Below, in pieces: positions 47,551-57,221 of a DNA stretch of 64,000 bases; position 1 is the first letter of the stretch, and every line of letters starts with the position of its first letter. The position numbers and the translations under genes were made by a program. The notes beneath the pieces were generated by a model. That model was given only the letters and a program-made list of their open reading frames with translations, ran no database searches and was not told where the DNA came from. Source of the DNA: Anaerolineaceae bacterium (GTDB taxonomy: Bacteria; Chloroflexota; Anaerolineae; Anaerolineales; Anaerolineaceae); the NCBI GenBank assembly GCA_030653365.1, contig JAURZL010000007.1, forward strand, positions 434,011-498,010, written 5' to 3'.

Positions 47551-48732
47551 TTATTTGATCCAGTTCTTAATTCTATCGATTGCTTCCCGAATACGATCGG
47601 TACTTGTCCCTAATGATACACGTAAATAGCCTTCTCCATATTGCCCATAAACTAATCCTGGTGTTGTGCTCACCCCGGTTTCTTCTAATAATCGGTTACA
47701 GAATTCCATACTATCAGTTTGTCCCGATGGCAATTTTGCCCAAACATAGATTGCTGCAGGAGGTGCATCAACGATAAAACCAGCCTTTTTAAGACCAGCA
47801 ACAACAATATCTCGTCTGGTTTGATAAATTGAATTTCTCTTTGTCAACCAGGCTTGATCACCTGTGAGAGCAGCAATTCCTGCATCGATTACAGGTGCAA
47901 ATTGAGAAGAATCCATCTGGCTTTTATAAGTGTGGATGTAGCCAATTACATCTAGGTTTCCTACAGCCATTCCTAAACGCCAACCAGCCATATTATACGC
48001 TTTTGATAAAGAGTTGAATTCAACTGCAACTTCTTTTGCCCCATCCACCTGTAATAAACTTGGAGCAACGTACCCATCAAAACAGACATCCACATAAGGT
48101 GCATCGTGAGCAATGATAATGCGATTTTTTATTGCAAATGCAACAATTTCCTCAAAAAAGGAAAATGGGGCGATCGCACCTGTTGGATTATTGGGGTAAT
48201 TAATCCAGATTATTTTTGTTTTCTCAATGACATCCTGAGGAATAGAAGTCAGATCTGGGATAAAACCATTTTCACTAAATAATGGAAGTTTATAAATTTG
48301 TCCACCAGCAATTTGAGCACTAGCAGAATATACCGGATATCCGGGGTCTGGAACGATAACATAATCGCCAGGATTAACCAAAACTTGTGTCAGGTGGAAC
48401 AAACCTTCTTTTGAACCGATTAAACCCACGGTTTCTGTCATAGGATCTACTTTGACCCCAAATCTATTTTCGTAATAATATGAAATCGCCTTGCGAAATT
48501 CGGGACTTCCACCCATTGGCGTGTATCCGTGTTTATTCGGTAGGGAAGCTGATTCAGTTAATTTATCGATAATAAATGGTTCTGGTGGTAAATCGGGAGA
48601 ACCCATGTCAATTTTTATAATATCTACTCCTTTTTCTTGTAGGGTTAATATTTTTTTTGACAGCGTTGCAAAGTAATAGGGTTTGAAAGAGGCAATTCTA
48701 TCAGAGGGGTGAATGAATGAATAATTTTTCAT
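47551..48732 (-). CDS. Class I/II PLP-dependent aminotransferase (LL-diaminopimelate aminotransferase-like)
   Basis: 393 aa. NPNNPTG and SLSKAYNMAGWRLG (PLP lysine) motifs. Substrate assignment is uncertain. Confidence 0.8.
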   Translation of the reverse strand: MKNYSFIHPSDRIASFKPYYFATLSKKILTLQEKGVDIIKIDMGSPDLPPEPFIIDKLTESASLPNKHGYTPMGGSPEFRKAISYYYENRFGVKVDPMTETVGLIGSKEGLFHLTQVLVNPGDYVIVPDPGYPVYSASAQIAGGQIYKLPLFSENGFIPDLTSIPQDVIEKTKIIWINYPNNPTGAIAPFSFFEEIVAFAIKNRIIIAHDAPYVDVCFDGYVAPSLLQVDGAKEVAVEFNSLSKAYNMAGWRLGMAVGNLDVIGYIHTYKSQMDSSQFAPVIDAGIAALTGDQAWLTKRNSIYQTRRDIVVAGLKKAGFIVDAPPAAIYVWAKLPSGQTDSMEFCNRLLEETGVSTTPGLVYGQYGEGYLRVSLGTSTDRIREAIDRIKNWIK

Positions 48733-49943
48733 TTATTTAGTCCTTGTTCTTCCATTAAATTTCTCTCCGGCAATTTATCAATAATTGGCAGCAATATATG
48801 AAAAGTGGACCCTGGGAATTCAAGCTCATTATATCCATCGGATTCGACCCAAATTGATCCCCCGTGTGCTTCAGCAATCCCTTTTGCGATCGGTAGACCC
48901 AGACCAGGTCCTCCACCTTTAAATTTTGTTTTTCCACTTGAATGTAATGCAATATTTCCTAACCGGTTGAATTTATCAAATATGGTCGTTTGATCTTCGA
49001 GATTAATTCCAATTCCGGTATCCGATATAAGCACCTCAATGAAACCAGACAACTTCCGACCACCAATATTAATTTTTCCTCCGTCTGGTGTAAATTTTAA
49101 CGCGTTGGATAAAAGGTTTCTAAAAATTTGAATAATCCTTTCTGGATCACCATAATTCATATCAGAAAAACCATCAAAATCCTGGATGTTTATGGATAAA
49201 TTTCTTTCCTGACTAACTGGTGACACTTCGATAATGACAAATTCAAGAATTCTATTTAGCCAATATGGTTGATAATTGAGTTTTAGTAAATCATTTTCTA
49301 ATAATGAAACATCAATCATATCTTCGATGATGCCACGCAAGCGTTTAGAACCATTTATTATTCCATTTGCAAAAACTAACAAATCATTCTTGTTTTGTTT
49401 TAAAATTACATCAATCAGCATGGATGTATATCCATCGATTAAAGTCAGTGGAGTTTTGAGTTCATGGGCTGCCACAGCTACAAAATTACTTTTACTTTCA
49501 TCCAATTTAACCAGATCAGTTTGCAATTGATTAAGTTTTTTAGTAAGAAAAAGAATTTTTTGCTCTGTTTCAATATTTGCTGTTTTAGTAAATAAATACG
49601 AATAGATTGGCAAAAGCAGGCTACTCAACAAAACCGCATCTTCTGGCACAGTATTCTCAATAATTGTCTGATTAATGATTTGCACCAATTCATTGATAAA
49701 TTCATTAATGACATTTTTCTCTTCGGCTAAATCTGTTTGTGTCAACGAATTTGCCCAGCTAGTAAGTAATGGGTCAAACCATGATGGATCACCAGTCTCA
49801 ATTGCTTGAATCAGGTGGTTGAAGAATAAACTAAATTGATCGGATATTTCATTCTTTAATAAAGATCCTCGAATCAATTCGTGAACCACTTTTTTTTCAA
49901 AAATTGGATATAGGTTAATTAATATCTCTGATGGTAATGGCAT
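48729..49943 (-). CDS. Soluble sensor histidine kinase (no adjacent response regulator)
   Basis: 404 aa. H-box AAHELKTPLT, N box LLSNALKFT, G boxes DTGIGI and GPGLGLPIA. No obvious TM segment. 4-nt overlap with the aminotransferase gene. Confidence 0.85.
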   Translation of the reverse strand: MPLPSEILINLYPIFEKKVVHELIRGSLLKNEISDQFSLFFNHLIQAIETGDPSWFDPLLTSWANSLTQTDLAEEKNVINEFINELVQIINQTIIENTVPEDAVLLSSLLLPIYSYLFTKTANIETEQKILFLTKKLNQLQTDLVKLDESKSNFVAVAAHELKTPLTLIDGYTSMLIDVILKQNKNDLLVFANGIINGSKRLRGIIEDMIDVSLLENDLLKLNYQPYWLNRILEFVIIEVSPVSQERNLSINIQDFDGFSDMNYGDPERIIQIFRNLLSNALKFTPDGGKINIGGRKLSGFIEVLISDTGIGINLEDQTTIFDKFNRLGNIALHSSGKTKFKGGGPGLGLPIAKGIAEAHGGSIWVESDGYNELEFPGSTFHILLPIIDKLPERNLMEEQGLNK

Positions 49944-49983
49944 ATATGAAGTTTATGATATATGGCTACATTTTTCCAATGTT

Positions 49984-50850
49984 TTATGGCACTAATAACC
50001 AATGATATATTGTTCTGCCAATAATTTCCAGACTCTCTGGTGATATTTTATCCAGCGTATCTTGAGAAGTGTGCCAATAAGGATAATCAAAATCAATAAT
50101 ATCAATCGCTGTAATTCCCTTTTCAATAAATGGAATATGATCATCCAGAATAGTATATTTGTATTCTTGAATAAAAGAATCCTGATACCCTAAATCAGCA
50201 GCAATATTCCAAATTTCTTCCTGTAATTCTTTATCAGAATTATGTTCAAAATAGATATTTAAGTCCTTATCTCCAATCATATCAAGAATTACTACAGCAT
50301 CTGGTTTTCCATCCAACACATTTACAAAACTGCGTGATCCAAGGATCCAATCCCAACCTTCAATATTTCCTTGATCTTCTACATCAAAAAAAACAAACCA
50401 GATAATTTTATCGATACCATCAGGCAACACTCTTGCCAGTTCTAGAAGTACAGCAACGCCAGACGCGCCATCATTTGCACCTGCTACTGGTTGATTTTTA
50501 TTCTCAATCTTTGGATCATGATCGGCGAAAAATCGGGAATCATAATGAGCTCCAATAATAATCCAGGGTTGATCTACAGATGAGGGCATTTTGGCGATAA
50601 TATTTTGGATTTTGTAACCATTTAATTCTTCTGATTGAATTTCAGTACTCCAACCTGAGGAACTTAACTCAGTTGTAATAAATTCAATTGTTTTTTGGTG
50701 AGCCTCACTTCCAGGAGTTCTTGGTCCAAACTCAACCTGAATTTTCGCATAGTCATAAGCATTTTTTCCATCAAATTCTAATACAGGCGGAGTGGTACAG
50801 CTTGAGAGGAGTAATATCAGTACACAGGCAATCGTTATAAACGGTTTCAT
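49984..50850 (-). CDS. M28-family zinc peptidase (glutaminyl-cyclase/aminopeptidase-like), probable lipoprotein
   Basis: 288 aa. Signal peptide with lipobox [23 protein letters not shown] and HT..D motifs of M28. Confidence 0.75.
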   Translation of the reverse strand: MKPFITIACVLILLLSSCTTPPVLEFDGKNAYDYAKIQVEFGPRTPGSEAHQKTIEFITTELSSSGWSTEIQSEELNGYKIQNIIAKMPSSVDQPWIIIGAHYDSRFFADHDPKIENKNQPVAGANDGASGVAVLLELARVLPDGIDKIIWFVFFDVEDQGNIEGWDWILGSRSFVNVLDGKPDAVVILDMIGDKDLNIYFEHNSDKELQEEIWNIAADLGYQDSFIQEYKYTILDDHIPFIEKGITAIDIIDFDYPYWHTSQDTLDKISPESLEIIGRTIYHWLLVP

Positions 50851-52205
50851 GAAATGTTCTCCATACTTGACTTGATTAGATAATCATTTAGACTGGATTT
50901 TGCTATCTCGGCATATATTTTTGCGCGTTCGCGTTTTCCTTTGGCTGAAATTTGAGGTAATATACCAAAATTAGCTTTCATTGGTTGAAAATCACGCATA
51001 TCAGAATCCGTAATGTAATGACAGAGTGCTCCAAGCATAGTGGTTCTTGGTAAAACTATCAATTCATGACCCTGTAAATATTTGGTCATGTTAATCCCAG
51101 CTAAAAGGCCGGTAGCAATATTCCCAACATACCCTTCTACACCTGTAATTTGACCAGCAAAGAATAAATCATTTCTATCTTTGAATTGTAACGAGGGCAA
51201 TAATAATTTGGGAGAAGCTATGAAAGTATTTCGATGCATTTGTCCATATCGACCAAAGGTTGCTTTTTCCAGACCTGGTATCATCTGAAAGATTCTTTTT
51301 TGTTCTGAAAACTTTAGATTGGTTTGAAAACCAACCATGTTATAAAGAGTCCCAGCAAGATTATCCTGGCGAAGTTGAAGAACAGCATATGGTCTTTTAT
51401 CTTGATGAGGATTCCAAATACCCACTGGACGAAGTGGTCCAAAGGCTAATGATTTTTCCCCTCTTTTTGCTATGACTTCAACCGGCAGACAGCCTTCAAA
51501 ATATTGTTTATCACCAGCATTTACACCTTGATCAATTTCAGATTCAAAATCTTTTAATTCAATCCTTTGGGCACATACCAATTCATTTACAAATGCTTCG
51601 TATTCTTCTTTTGAAAAAGGGCAATTAATATAATCACCTGACTCTTCATCTCCTCTTTGATAACGGGAACCTTTGAAGGCAATATCCATATTTATCGAGT
51701 CGTAATTAATAATTGGAGCAATGGCATCATAAAAAAACAAGTTATCAGAATTTGATAATCTTGATATGCTTCTTGAAAGTGGTTGCGAAGTTAATGGACC
51801 TGAGGCAACAATGGTTGGTTGATGCGGAATTTCCAAAACTTCTTCACGGATAATATTTATCTTTGGGTGATTTGAAAGCAACTCGGTTACCGTAGATGAG
51901 AAAAGATCCCGATCCACAGCGAGCGCTCCTCCTGCAGGTAATGCATATTGGTCAGCAATTTTCATTAGCAAAGATTCCAACGTCCTTAATTCATTCTTAA
52001 GAACACCTGAAGCCCGGTCCGGCAAATTTGAACCTAAAGAATTTGAACAAATCAATTCCGCAAATTGATCAGTCGTATGCGCTCCAGTGGTTACCAATGG
52101 ACGCATTTCATACAAATTAACATGAAACCCAGTTTTCGCTAATTGATAAGCAGCTTCACTTCCTGCTAAGCCAGCACCGATTACTGTCACTGTTTGTTTT
52201 TCCAA
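50847..52205 (-). CDS. trmFO: Methylenetetrahydrofolate-tRNA-(uracil54-C5)-methyltransferase TrmFO
   Basis: 452 aa. [19 protein letters not shown] fold and [11 protein letters not shown] motif. TTG start with a GAGGA SD. Confidence 0.9.
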   Translation of the reverse strand: MEKQTVTVIGAGLAGSEAAYQLAKTGFHVNLYEMRPLVTTGAHTTDQFAELICSNSLGSNLPDRASGVLKNELRTLESLLMKIADQYALPAGGALAVDRDLFSSTVTELLSNHPKINIIREEVLEIPHQPTIVASGPLTSQPLSRSISRLSNSDNLFFYDAIAPIINYDSINMDIAFKGSRYQRGDEESGDYINCPFSKEEYEAFVNELVCAQRIELKDFESEIDQGVNAGDKQYFEGCLPVEVIAKRGEKSLAFGPLRPVGIWNPHQDKRPYAVLQLRQDNLAGTLYNMVGFQTNLKFSEQKRIFQMIPGLEKATFGRYGQMHRNTFIASPKLLLPSLQFKDRNDLFFAGQITGVEGYVGNIATGLLAGINMTKYLQGHELIVLPRTTMLGALCHYITDSDMRDFQPMKANFGILPQISAKGKRERAKIYAEIAKSSLNDYLIKSSMENIS

Positions 52206-52246
52206 TGCATTGTCCTCGGTTCATATTTTACATCAAAAAATATGTC

Positions 52247-52262
52247 TGGCATACAACTTGCA
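52247..52262 (+). promoter_or_regulatory. Candidate sigma-54 (-24/-12) promoter upstream of rpoN
   Basis: TGGCATacaacTTGCA has GG and GC elements at the canonical spacing. It is 15/16 identical to the site at 56839-56854 and ends 45 nt upstream of the rpoN ATG. Confidence 0.6.
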
Positions 52263-52306
52263 ACATAGCCCTTCTATAGATATACTTATAAAGTGAGGAC
52301 AACATT

Positions 52307-53704
52307 ATGCTCCAATATCAATTTCAGGTACACAAGCCAATAACAACAGCGCATCTTGCGCAAACCATGACTTTGTTAAGCCTTTCTGCCTTTGAACTCA
52401 AGCAGCAAATAGACTCTGAATTGGCTGCGAATCCAGCTTTAGAGATCATTGAAGAACGTCGTTGCCCCCATTGCAAGCGGGTATTACCTGATAATGGAGC
52501 TTGCCCGATCTGTTCCAGGCCAATGAATACCGATAATGACGAACCAATTGTCTATGTTTCACCAATGGATGATTTTATTCCGATGTCTGATTATGACGAT
52601 TCTGATTTTTCGGAAGAACCTTTTTCACCAGCGACTGATGATCTAACCAGTTATGTGATAAAACAAATAGCGCCTGAGTTGTCTAAAGATCAACAACTCA
52701 TCGCCATTCATTTATTGACGAATTTAGATGATGATGGTTTTCTCAGCGTAAAATTAGTTGATGTTGCCCGCTATTTTCATGTTCCAATTTCACAAATAGA
52801 GGAAGTTCAAAAAGTAATTCAATTGGCTGACCCTATTGGAGTTGGATCCATTAATCCACAACAGGCTCTTTTGATTCAATTGGAAGTATTGTCTGAAAAT
52901 AATTCAATTCCTGAATATTCTATTGATATTGTCAAAGACCATATGGATTTATTGAGCAAGCGTCAATATTCAGAAATTGCAAAGAAACTTAAAATTAGTG
53001 TACAGAGAGTTGAAAAAATTGTAGAATTCATCAGTGATAATTTGAATCCTTTCCCAGCTCGCTCGCATTGGGGAAATGTACGCAATCCTTCAGCACCTGA
53101 TTCGAATGTTTATCACCGACCAGATGTATTGATATCCTTTTCGAATAACGATCCAAAAATGCAAATGATTGTTGAGATAGTTATGCCATATTCAGGAACA
53201 CTTCAAGTGAGTCCATTGTATAAACAGACAATAAAGCAAACAGATGCTGAATTAAAAGATGCTATGAAGGGTGATTTGGAACGTGCATCATTATTTGTGA
53301 AGTGTTTACAGCAGAGAAACCATACGATGCAGAGATTAATGCTTGAGTTGGTTAAGATTCAGAAACCTTACCTTACTAAAGGTGAAAAATTTTTAAAACC
53401 AATTACACGGGCAAGTCTTGCGGGGGAACTCGAAGTGCATGAATCAACAATTTCCAGAGCTGTTTCAGGAAAATCAGTTCAATTACCGAATAGAAAAATT
53501 GTACCCATGGCTGCATTTTTCGATAGAAGTCTTTCTGCAAGAACTATTCTTCGAGAAATTGTTTCGGCCGAGTCTAAACCATTGAGTGATACAGAAATTC
53601 AGAAAAAACTCGATGAACGAGGGATTCAAGTTGCACGTCGTACTGTTGCTAAATATCGAGCTATGGAAGGAATACTGCCAGCGCATTTACGGCAGGCTGC
53701 ATAA
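52307..53704 (+). CDS. rpoN: RNA polymerase sigma-54 factor, with a CxxC-x9-CxxC insertion after region I
   Basis: 465 aa. Gln/Leu-rich region I, core-binding region, and the C-terminal RpoN box ARRTVAKYR. Cys53/56/66/69 (RRCPHCKRVLPDNGACPICSRP). Confidence 0.9.
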   Translation: MLQYQFQVHKPITTAHLAQTMTLLSLSAFELKQQIDSELAANPALEIIEERRCPHCKRVLPDNGACPICSRPMNTDNDEPIVYVSPMDDFIPMSDYDDSDFSEEPFSPATDDLTSYVIKQIAPELSKDQQLIAIHLLTNLDDDGFLSVKLVDVARYFHVPISQIEEVQKVIQLADPIGVGSINPQQALLIQLEVLSENNSIPEYSIDIVKDHMDLLSKRQYSEIAKKLKISVQRVEKIVEFISDNLNPFPARSHWGNVRNPSAPDSNVYHRPDVLISFSNNDPKMQMIVEIVMPYSGTLQVSPLYKQTIKQTDAELKDAMKGDLERASLFVKCLQQRNHTMQRLMLELVKIQKPYLTKGEKFLKPITRASLAGELEVHESTISRAVSGKSVQLPNRKIVPMAAFFDRSLSARTILREIVSAESKPLSDTEIQKKLDERGIQVARRTVAKYRAMEGILPAHLRQAA

Positions 53705-53708
53705 GTGA

Positions 53709-55661
53709 ATGAATTCTGAAAAACCAAATTGGTTTCGCGAAGTATTATTAGGAAAAGTACAAAATGATAGTGCTACGATCTTTAAGAATTTATTAAATGT
53801 AATTCAAGATCCTGCAATCATTGTTGATTTTAATCGAAATGAAATAGTTAGTTTTAATGTGGAATTTTTGAAACTGACATCCTATTCACCTGTTGAACTG
53901 ACTACTTTTCAAATTGATGCAATTTTTAATATTGAGGGGGTTATTGATGCATCGATATCAGAGCCTTTTATGCTCGAAATTACAAAACGGAACAAGCAGG
54001 TTGTTGATGGTTATGCCTGGAAATATTACATTGATGATAAAAATTCCCAGTGTGTAATTGTCTTTAATGAAGAACAAATATTTATAGAAAAACAAAAATC
54101 CTGGCAGGATCATCTCTTTTTAACAATGCAGAAATTATTGCGATTGATCGAAGAAGAAGATCTGGAAAGTGCATTACAGAACTCGGTCAAATATATTGAA
54201 AACTTTTTTGAAACCCCACATGTGACAATTTATCAGGTGAATAGTGATATTCCAGAATTAACACGAATCGCAGCGAAAACCGAAAGTGATTTGTTACCAT
54301 TCACTTTACCTTCCAGTGATATTCGATTGGATCAAAAAACGAGTATCTGGACCCCTGGACATAGAGTACAAACCGAATTACAAAAAATTGCCCGGATCAG
54401 TAATCTGGCTTATATTGCAACTTCTGCGTTAGGACCTGGAAAAAGTGCATCAGCATTATTGGTTGTAGGTCAACAGAAGAAACAACCTCCCAAAAATTTA
54501 ATTTCAATTTTGGAGATGTTTTCAGCAGCAATTTCTTCAACACTTCAATATTTCATATTAGTAAAAGCTCTTCGATCAAAAATTGAATCTCAGGATTGGA
54601 TGATTGACGTAAATAATGAAATTCTTGTTCATGTTCAGGATGGAATTATTATTTTAAAACCTGAACTTAAAATCTGGATGATTAATCCAAGTGCAGAAAT
54701 TTTACTAGGTTACCAATCGCATGAAGTATCAGATCGGACTATTGACAATATCCTTATTGGCCCTGATAGCTTTTTACCTTTATTGGAATCAGCAAAAACA
54801 GATTTTGGGATTCATCGTCTTGGAATTGTGCATATTCATAATCGCAATGGTGATTCAGTGCCGGTGGATGCTCGCATTGTCCCGGTAATTCAAAATAATA
54901 ATTTACTCGCAATAATTATTTATTTGCGTGATGTCAGTGAAAATGAAGAGATAAAAACAAGAGCTCAACAATTGGAACATAGGGCTGTATTAGGAGAATT
55001 TACAGCAGTATTTGCTCATGAAGTTCGTAATCCCATCAATAATATTTCAATGGGTTTGCAAATCCTATCGAGAAGTTTTACGGAGGATCCCAAGAACAAA
55101 GATATGGTTGATCGAATGATCCATGATTGTGATCGATTAACCCACCAAATGGAAGCTGTTTTGGCTTATTCAAAACCATTCGATGCGAAATTCGAGTCTG
55201 TAGATGTGGCTATTCTGCTTCAAAGAATTCTTGATCGTTGGAAGCCGAGAATGTCAAGGGTTGGCGTAAAGGAATTTTTCCAAAAAGGGGAAGAATTACC
55301 TTTAATTACCGCAGATCCCCGGCTTTTGGAACAGGTATTTACAAATCTTATTGGTAACGCTATAGAAGCTATGACTCCTGATCAAAAAGGAACATTGGCT
55401 GTTCATATAAATATTTCAAGAACCATTTCAAATTATCCACAAATAGAGATTAAAATAATCGACAGTGGACCTGGCATCCCTGATGATGTCAGAGGGCATG
55501 TTTTCGAACCATTTGTTACAACTAAAAAAACTGGAACCGGATTAGGATTGGCAATTAGTAAACGAATCATTACTGCTCACCGTGGTAATATTACAGTCGA
55601 ATCTTATCCTGGTGGAGGAACAGTTTTCGCTGTTTATTTACCGACCAAACAAGGAGATTAA
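53709..55661 (+). CDS. Soluble multi-sensor (PAS/GAF-like) histidine kinase, NtrB-type
   Basis: 650 aa with no TM segments. H-box FAHEVRNPINNI, N box NLIGNAIEAM, G boxes DSGPGIP and GTGLGLAIS. Starts 4 nt after the rpoN stop. Confidence 0.85.
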   Translation: MNSEKPNWFREVLLGKVQNDSATIFKNLLNVIQDPAIIVDFNRNEIVSFNVEFLKLTSYSPVELTTFQIDAIFNIEGVIDASISEPFMLEITKRNKQVVDGYAWKYYIDDKNSQCVIVFNEEQIFIEKQKSWQDHLFLTMQKLLRLIEEEDLESALQNSVKYIENFFETPHVTIYQVNSDIPELTRIAAKTESDLLPFTLPSSDIRLDQKTSIWTPGHRVQTELQKIARISNLAYIATSALGPGKSASALLVVGQQKKQPPKNLISILEMFSAAISSTLQYFILVKALRSKIESQDWMIDVNNEILVHVQDGIIILKPELKIWMINPSAEILLGYQSHEVSDRTIDNILIGPDSFLPLLESAKTDFGIHRLGIVHIHNRNGDSVPVDARIVPVIQNNNLLAIIIYLRDVSENEEIKTRAQQLEHRAVLGEFTAVFAHEVRNPINNISMGLQILSRSFTEDPKNKDMVDRMIHDCDRLTHQMEAVLAYSKPFDAKFESVDVAILLQRILDRWKPRMSRVGVKEFFQKGEELPLITADPRLLEQVFTNLIGNAIEAMTPDQKGTLAVHINISRTISNYPQIEIKIIDSGPGIPDDVRGHVFEPFVTTKKTGTGLGLAISKRIITAHRGNITVESYPGGGTVFAVYLPTKQGD

Positions 55662-55666
55662 TTCAA

Positions 55667-56830
55667 ATGGGTTTTACAGTCTTGGTAGTGGACGATGAAG
55701 AAAATGCGCGAACAAATCTAGAGACTTTTCTTACGCCATTAGGTTATGAAGTAATTGGTGTGGGAACATTAGAAGATGCCAGGTCGGAACTTCGAAAAGG
55801 AAATTGTGATATTGTTCTACTCGACGTTCAATTACCGGATGGTTTTGGTCCAAACCTATTGTATGAGACTCTCAATATGAAGTTAAGACCACCCATGATC
55901 CTCATTACGGGTTTCCCAGATATAGAAATTGCGGTGGAAGCCATGCGTAATGGCGCACATGATTTCTTAATTAAACCAATAAAACTGGACCGACTTGAAC
56001 TCTCTATCCAGAGGGCAATTGAAATTGTTAAGATGCGGCGCGAATTAGCATTGTTTCGAGATACTCAAAAAAACAGTGTTCAATTTGTTACTGGCAATAG
56101 CAACCATATGAAACATGTATTGAATCAGGCGGAAAGAGCAGCCTCGATGTCCGTTTCAGTTCTCATCACTGGTGAAACAGGTGTTGGAAAAGATGTGCTT
56201 GCTAATTTTATTCATAGCGTAGGTCCCCGATCCCACAAGATGTTTGTTGCCATTAATTGCGCAGCTATTCAAAGCACTATGCTTGAATCGGAATTATTTG
56301 GGCATGAATCTGGTGCATTCACCGGAGCAGATAAACGAAAACATGGTCTCATGGAAACGGCTGATGAAGGTGTTTTGTTTTTGGATGAAATTTCATCGAT
56401 GCCATTGGACATGCAAGCAAAATTATTACGAGCCATAGAATCTAAGGCTTTCCGAAGAGTGGGTGGAAATAATCTGATTAATGTAGATGTCCAGGTTGTT
56501 GCAGCTTCCAATAGAAATTTGGAGCAAATGATTGAAAAAAATGAATTTCGCTCAGATCTCTATTACAGATTGAAAGTAGTTGATCTTCATGTCCCCGCAT
56601 TAAGGGAACGAAAAGAAGACATTCCGGAATTGGTTGGTTTCTTCATAAAACAAAAAAACATGAAGATGGGTGTAAATATTCTGGACATTACTCCTCGAGC
56701 TATGGAAAAACTAGTTACATATAGTTGGCCAGGCAATATTCGGGAATTAAGTAACGCCATTGAAAGTGCAATGTTATTCTGTGACACCGGGATTATTGAT
56801 CTACCAAATTTGCCCTTGAATCTGCAATAA
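55667..56830 (+). CDS. Sigma-54-dependent response regulator (REC plus AAA+) lacking a C-terminal DNA-binding domain
   Basis: 387 aa. REC domain with DIVLLDVQLPDG; Walker A GETGVGKD; GAFTGA loop (ESGAFTGA); Walker B LFLDEI; WPGNIRELSNAIE. The protein ends about 24 aa after this motif, with no HTH and no continuing frame. Confidence 0.9.
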   Translation: MGFTVLVVDDEENARTNLETFLTPLGYEVIGVGTLEDARSELRKGNCDIVLLDVQLPDGFGPNLLYETLNMKLRPPMILITGFPDIEIAVEAMRNGAHDFLIKPIKLDRLELSIQRAIEIVKMRRELALFRDTQKNSVQFVTGNSNHMKHVLNQAERAASMSVSVLITGETGVGKDVLANFIHSVGPRSHKMFVAINCAAIQSTMLESELFGHESGAFTGADKRKHGLMETADEGVLFLDEISSMPLDMQAKLLRAIESKAFRRVGGNNLINVDVQVVAASNRNLEQMIEKNEFRSDLYYRLKVVDLHVPALRERKEDIPELVGFFIKQKNMKMGVNILDITPRAMEKLVTYSWPGNIRELSNAIESAMLFCDTGIIDLPNLPLNLQ

Positions 56831-56838
56831 AAAGTTAT

Positions 56839-56854
56839 TGGCACACAACTTGCA
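56839..56854 (+). promoter_or_regulatory. Sigma-54 (-24/-12) promoter for the downstream membrane-protein/TPR operon
   Basis: TGGCACacaacTTGCA matches the consensus TGGCAC-N5-TTGCW with exact spacing. It lies 8 nt after the EBP stop and 35 nt before the next start codon. Confidence 0.75.
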
Positions 56855-56889
56855 TCAAACCTCTAGAAGATTGTTCTGGAGGTTTTCTT

Positions 56890-57201
56890 ATGCAAAAAGA
56901 TGAAATAATCACGTTGCTAACACTTGTTTTTATGGGATTAGGATTTGTCTCATTTCTAACGGGTTTTATAGTTTTGTTAACCCGTGTATTAGGTAAAGGG
57001 ATAACTAAGATCGCCAATGAAACCCAAAAAGTGGTTCAAAAAGGTATTACAGAAGAAATAGCCTCAATTATTGGGAATGCATCTGTATTGATTGAATCAC
57101 TTAACCAACTGGTTACGACCTCTGCTGGAATTGGTGTGTTCCTGATGGTATTGGGAGTTTTACTTATGGGTGGATCCTTTGCATTATTCTTGCGATTCTA
57201 G
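56890..57201 (+). CDS. Small two-TM membrane protein (unknown function), first cistron behind the sigma-54 promoter
   Basis: 103 aa. GGAGG SD 7 nt upstream. Hydrophobic helices at both ends flank a ~45-aa polar helical segment. Confidence 0.6.
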   Translation: MQKDEIITLLTLVFMGLGFVSFLTGFIVLLTRVLGKGITKIANETQKVVQKGITEEIASIIGNASVLIESLNQLVTTSAGIGVFLMVLGVLLMGGSFALFLRF

Positions 57202-57221
57202 ATTATTCAACAGGAGTTTAC

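Noticed and set aside
56860-56882. Hairpin CCTCTAGAA-gattg-TTCTGGAGG that would sequester the GGAGG SD of the first gene behind the sigma-54 promoter.
   Set aside because: With the GC element at 56852-56853, the transcript should start near 56865. That is inside the 5' arm, so the full stem would not exist in the mRNA. It should only be revisited if the mapped start lies further upstream.
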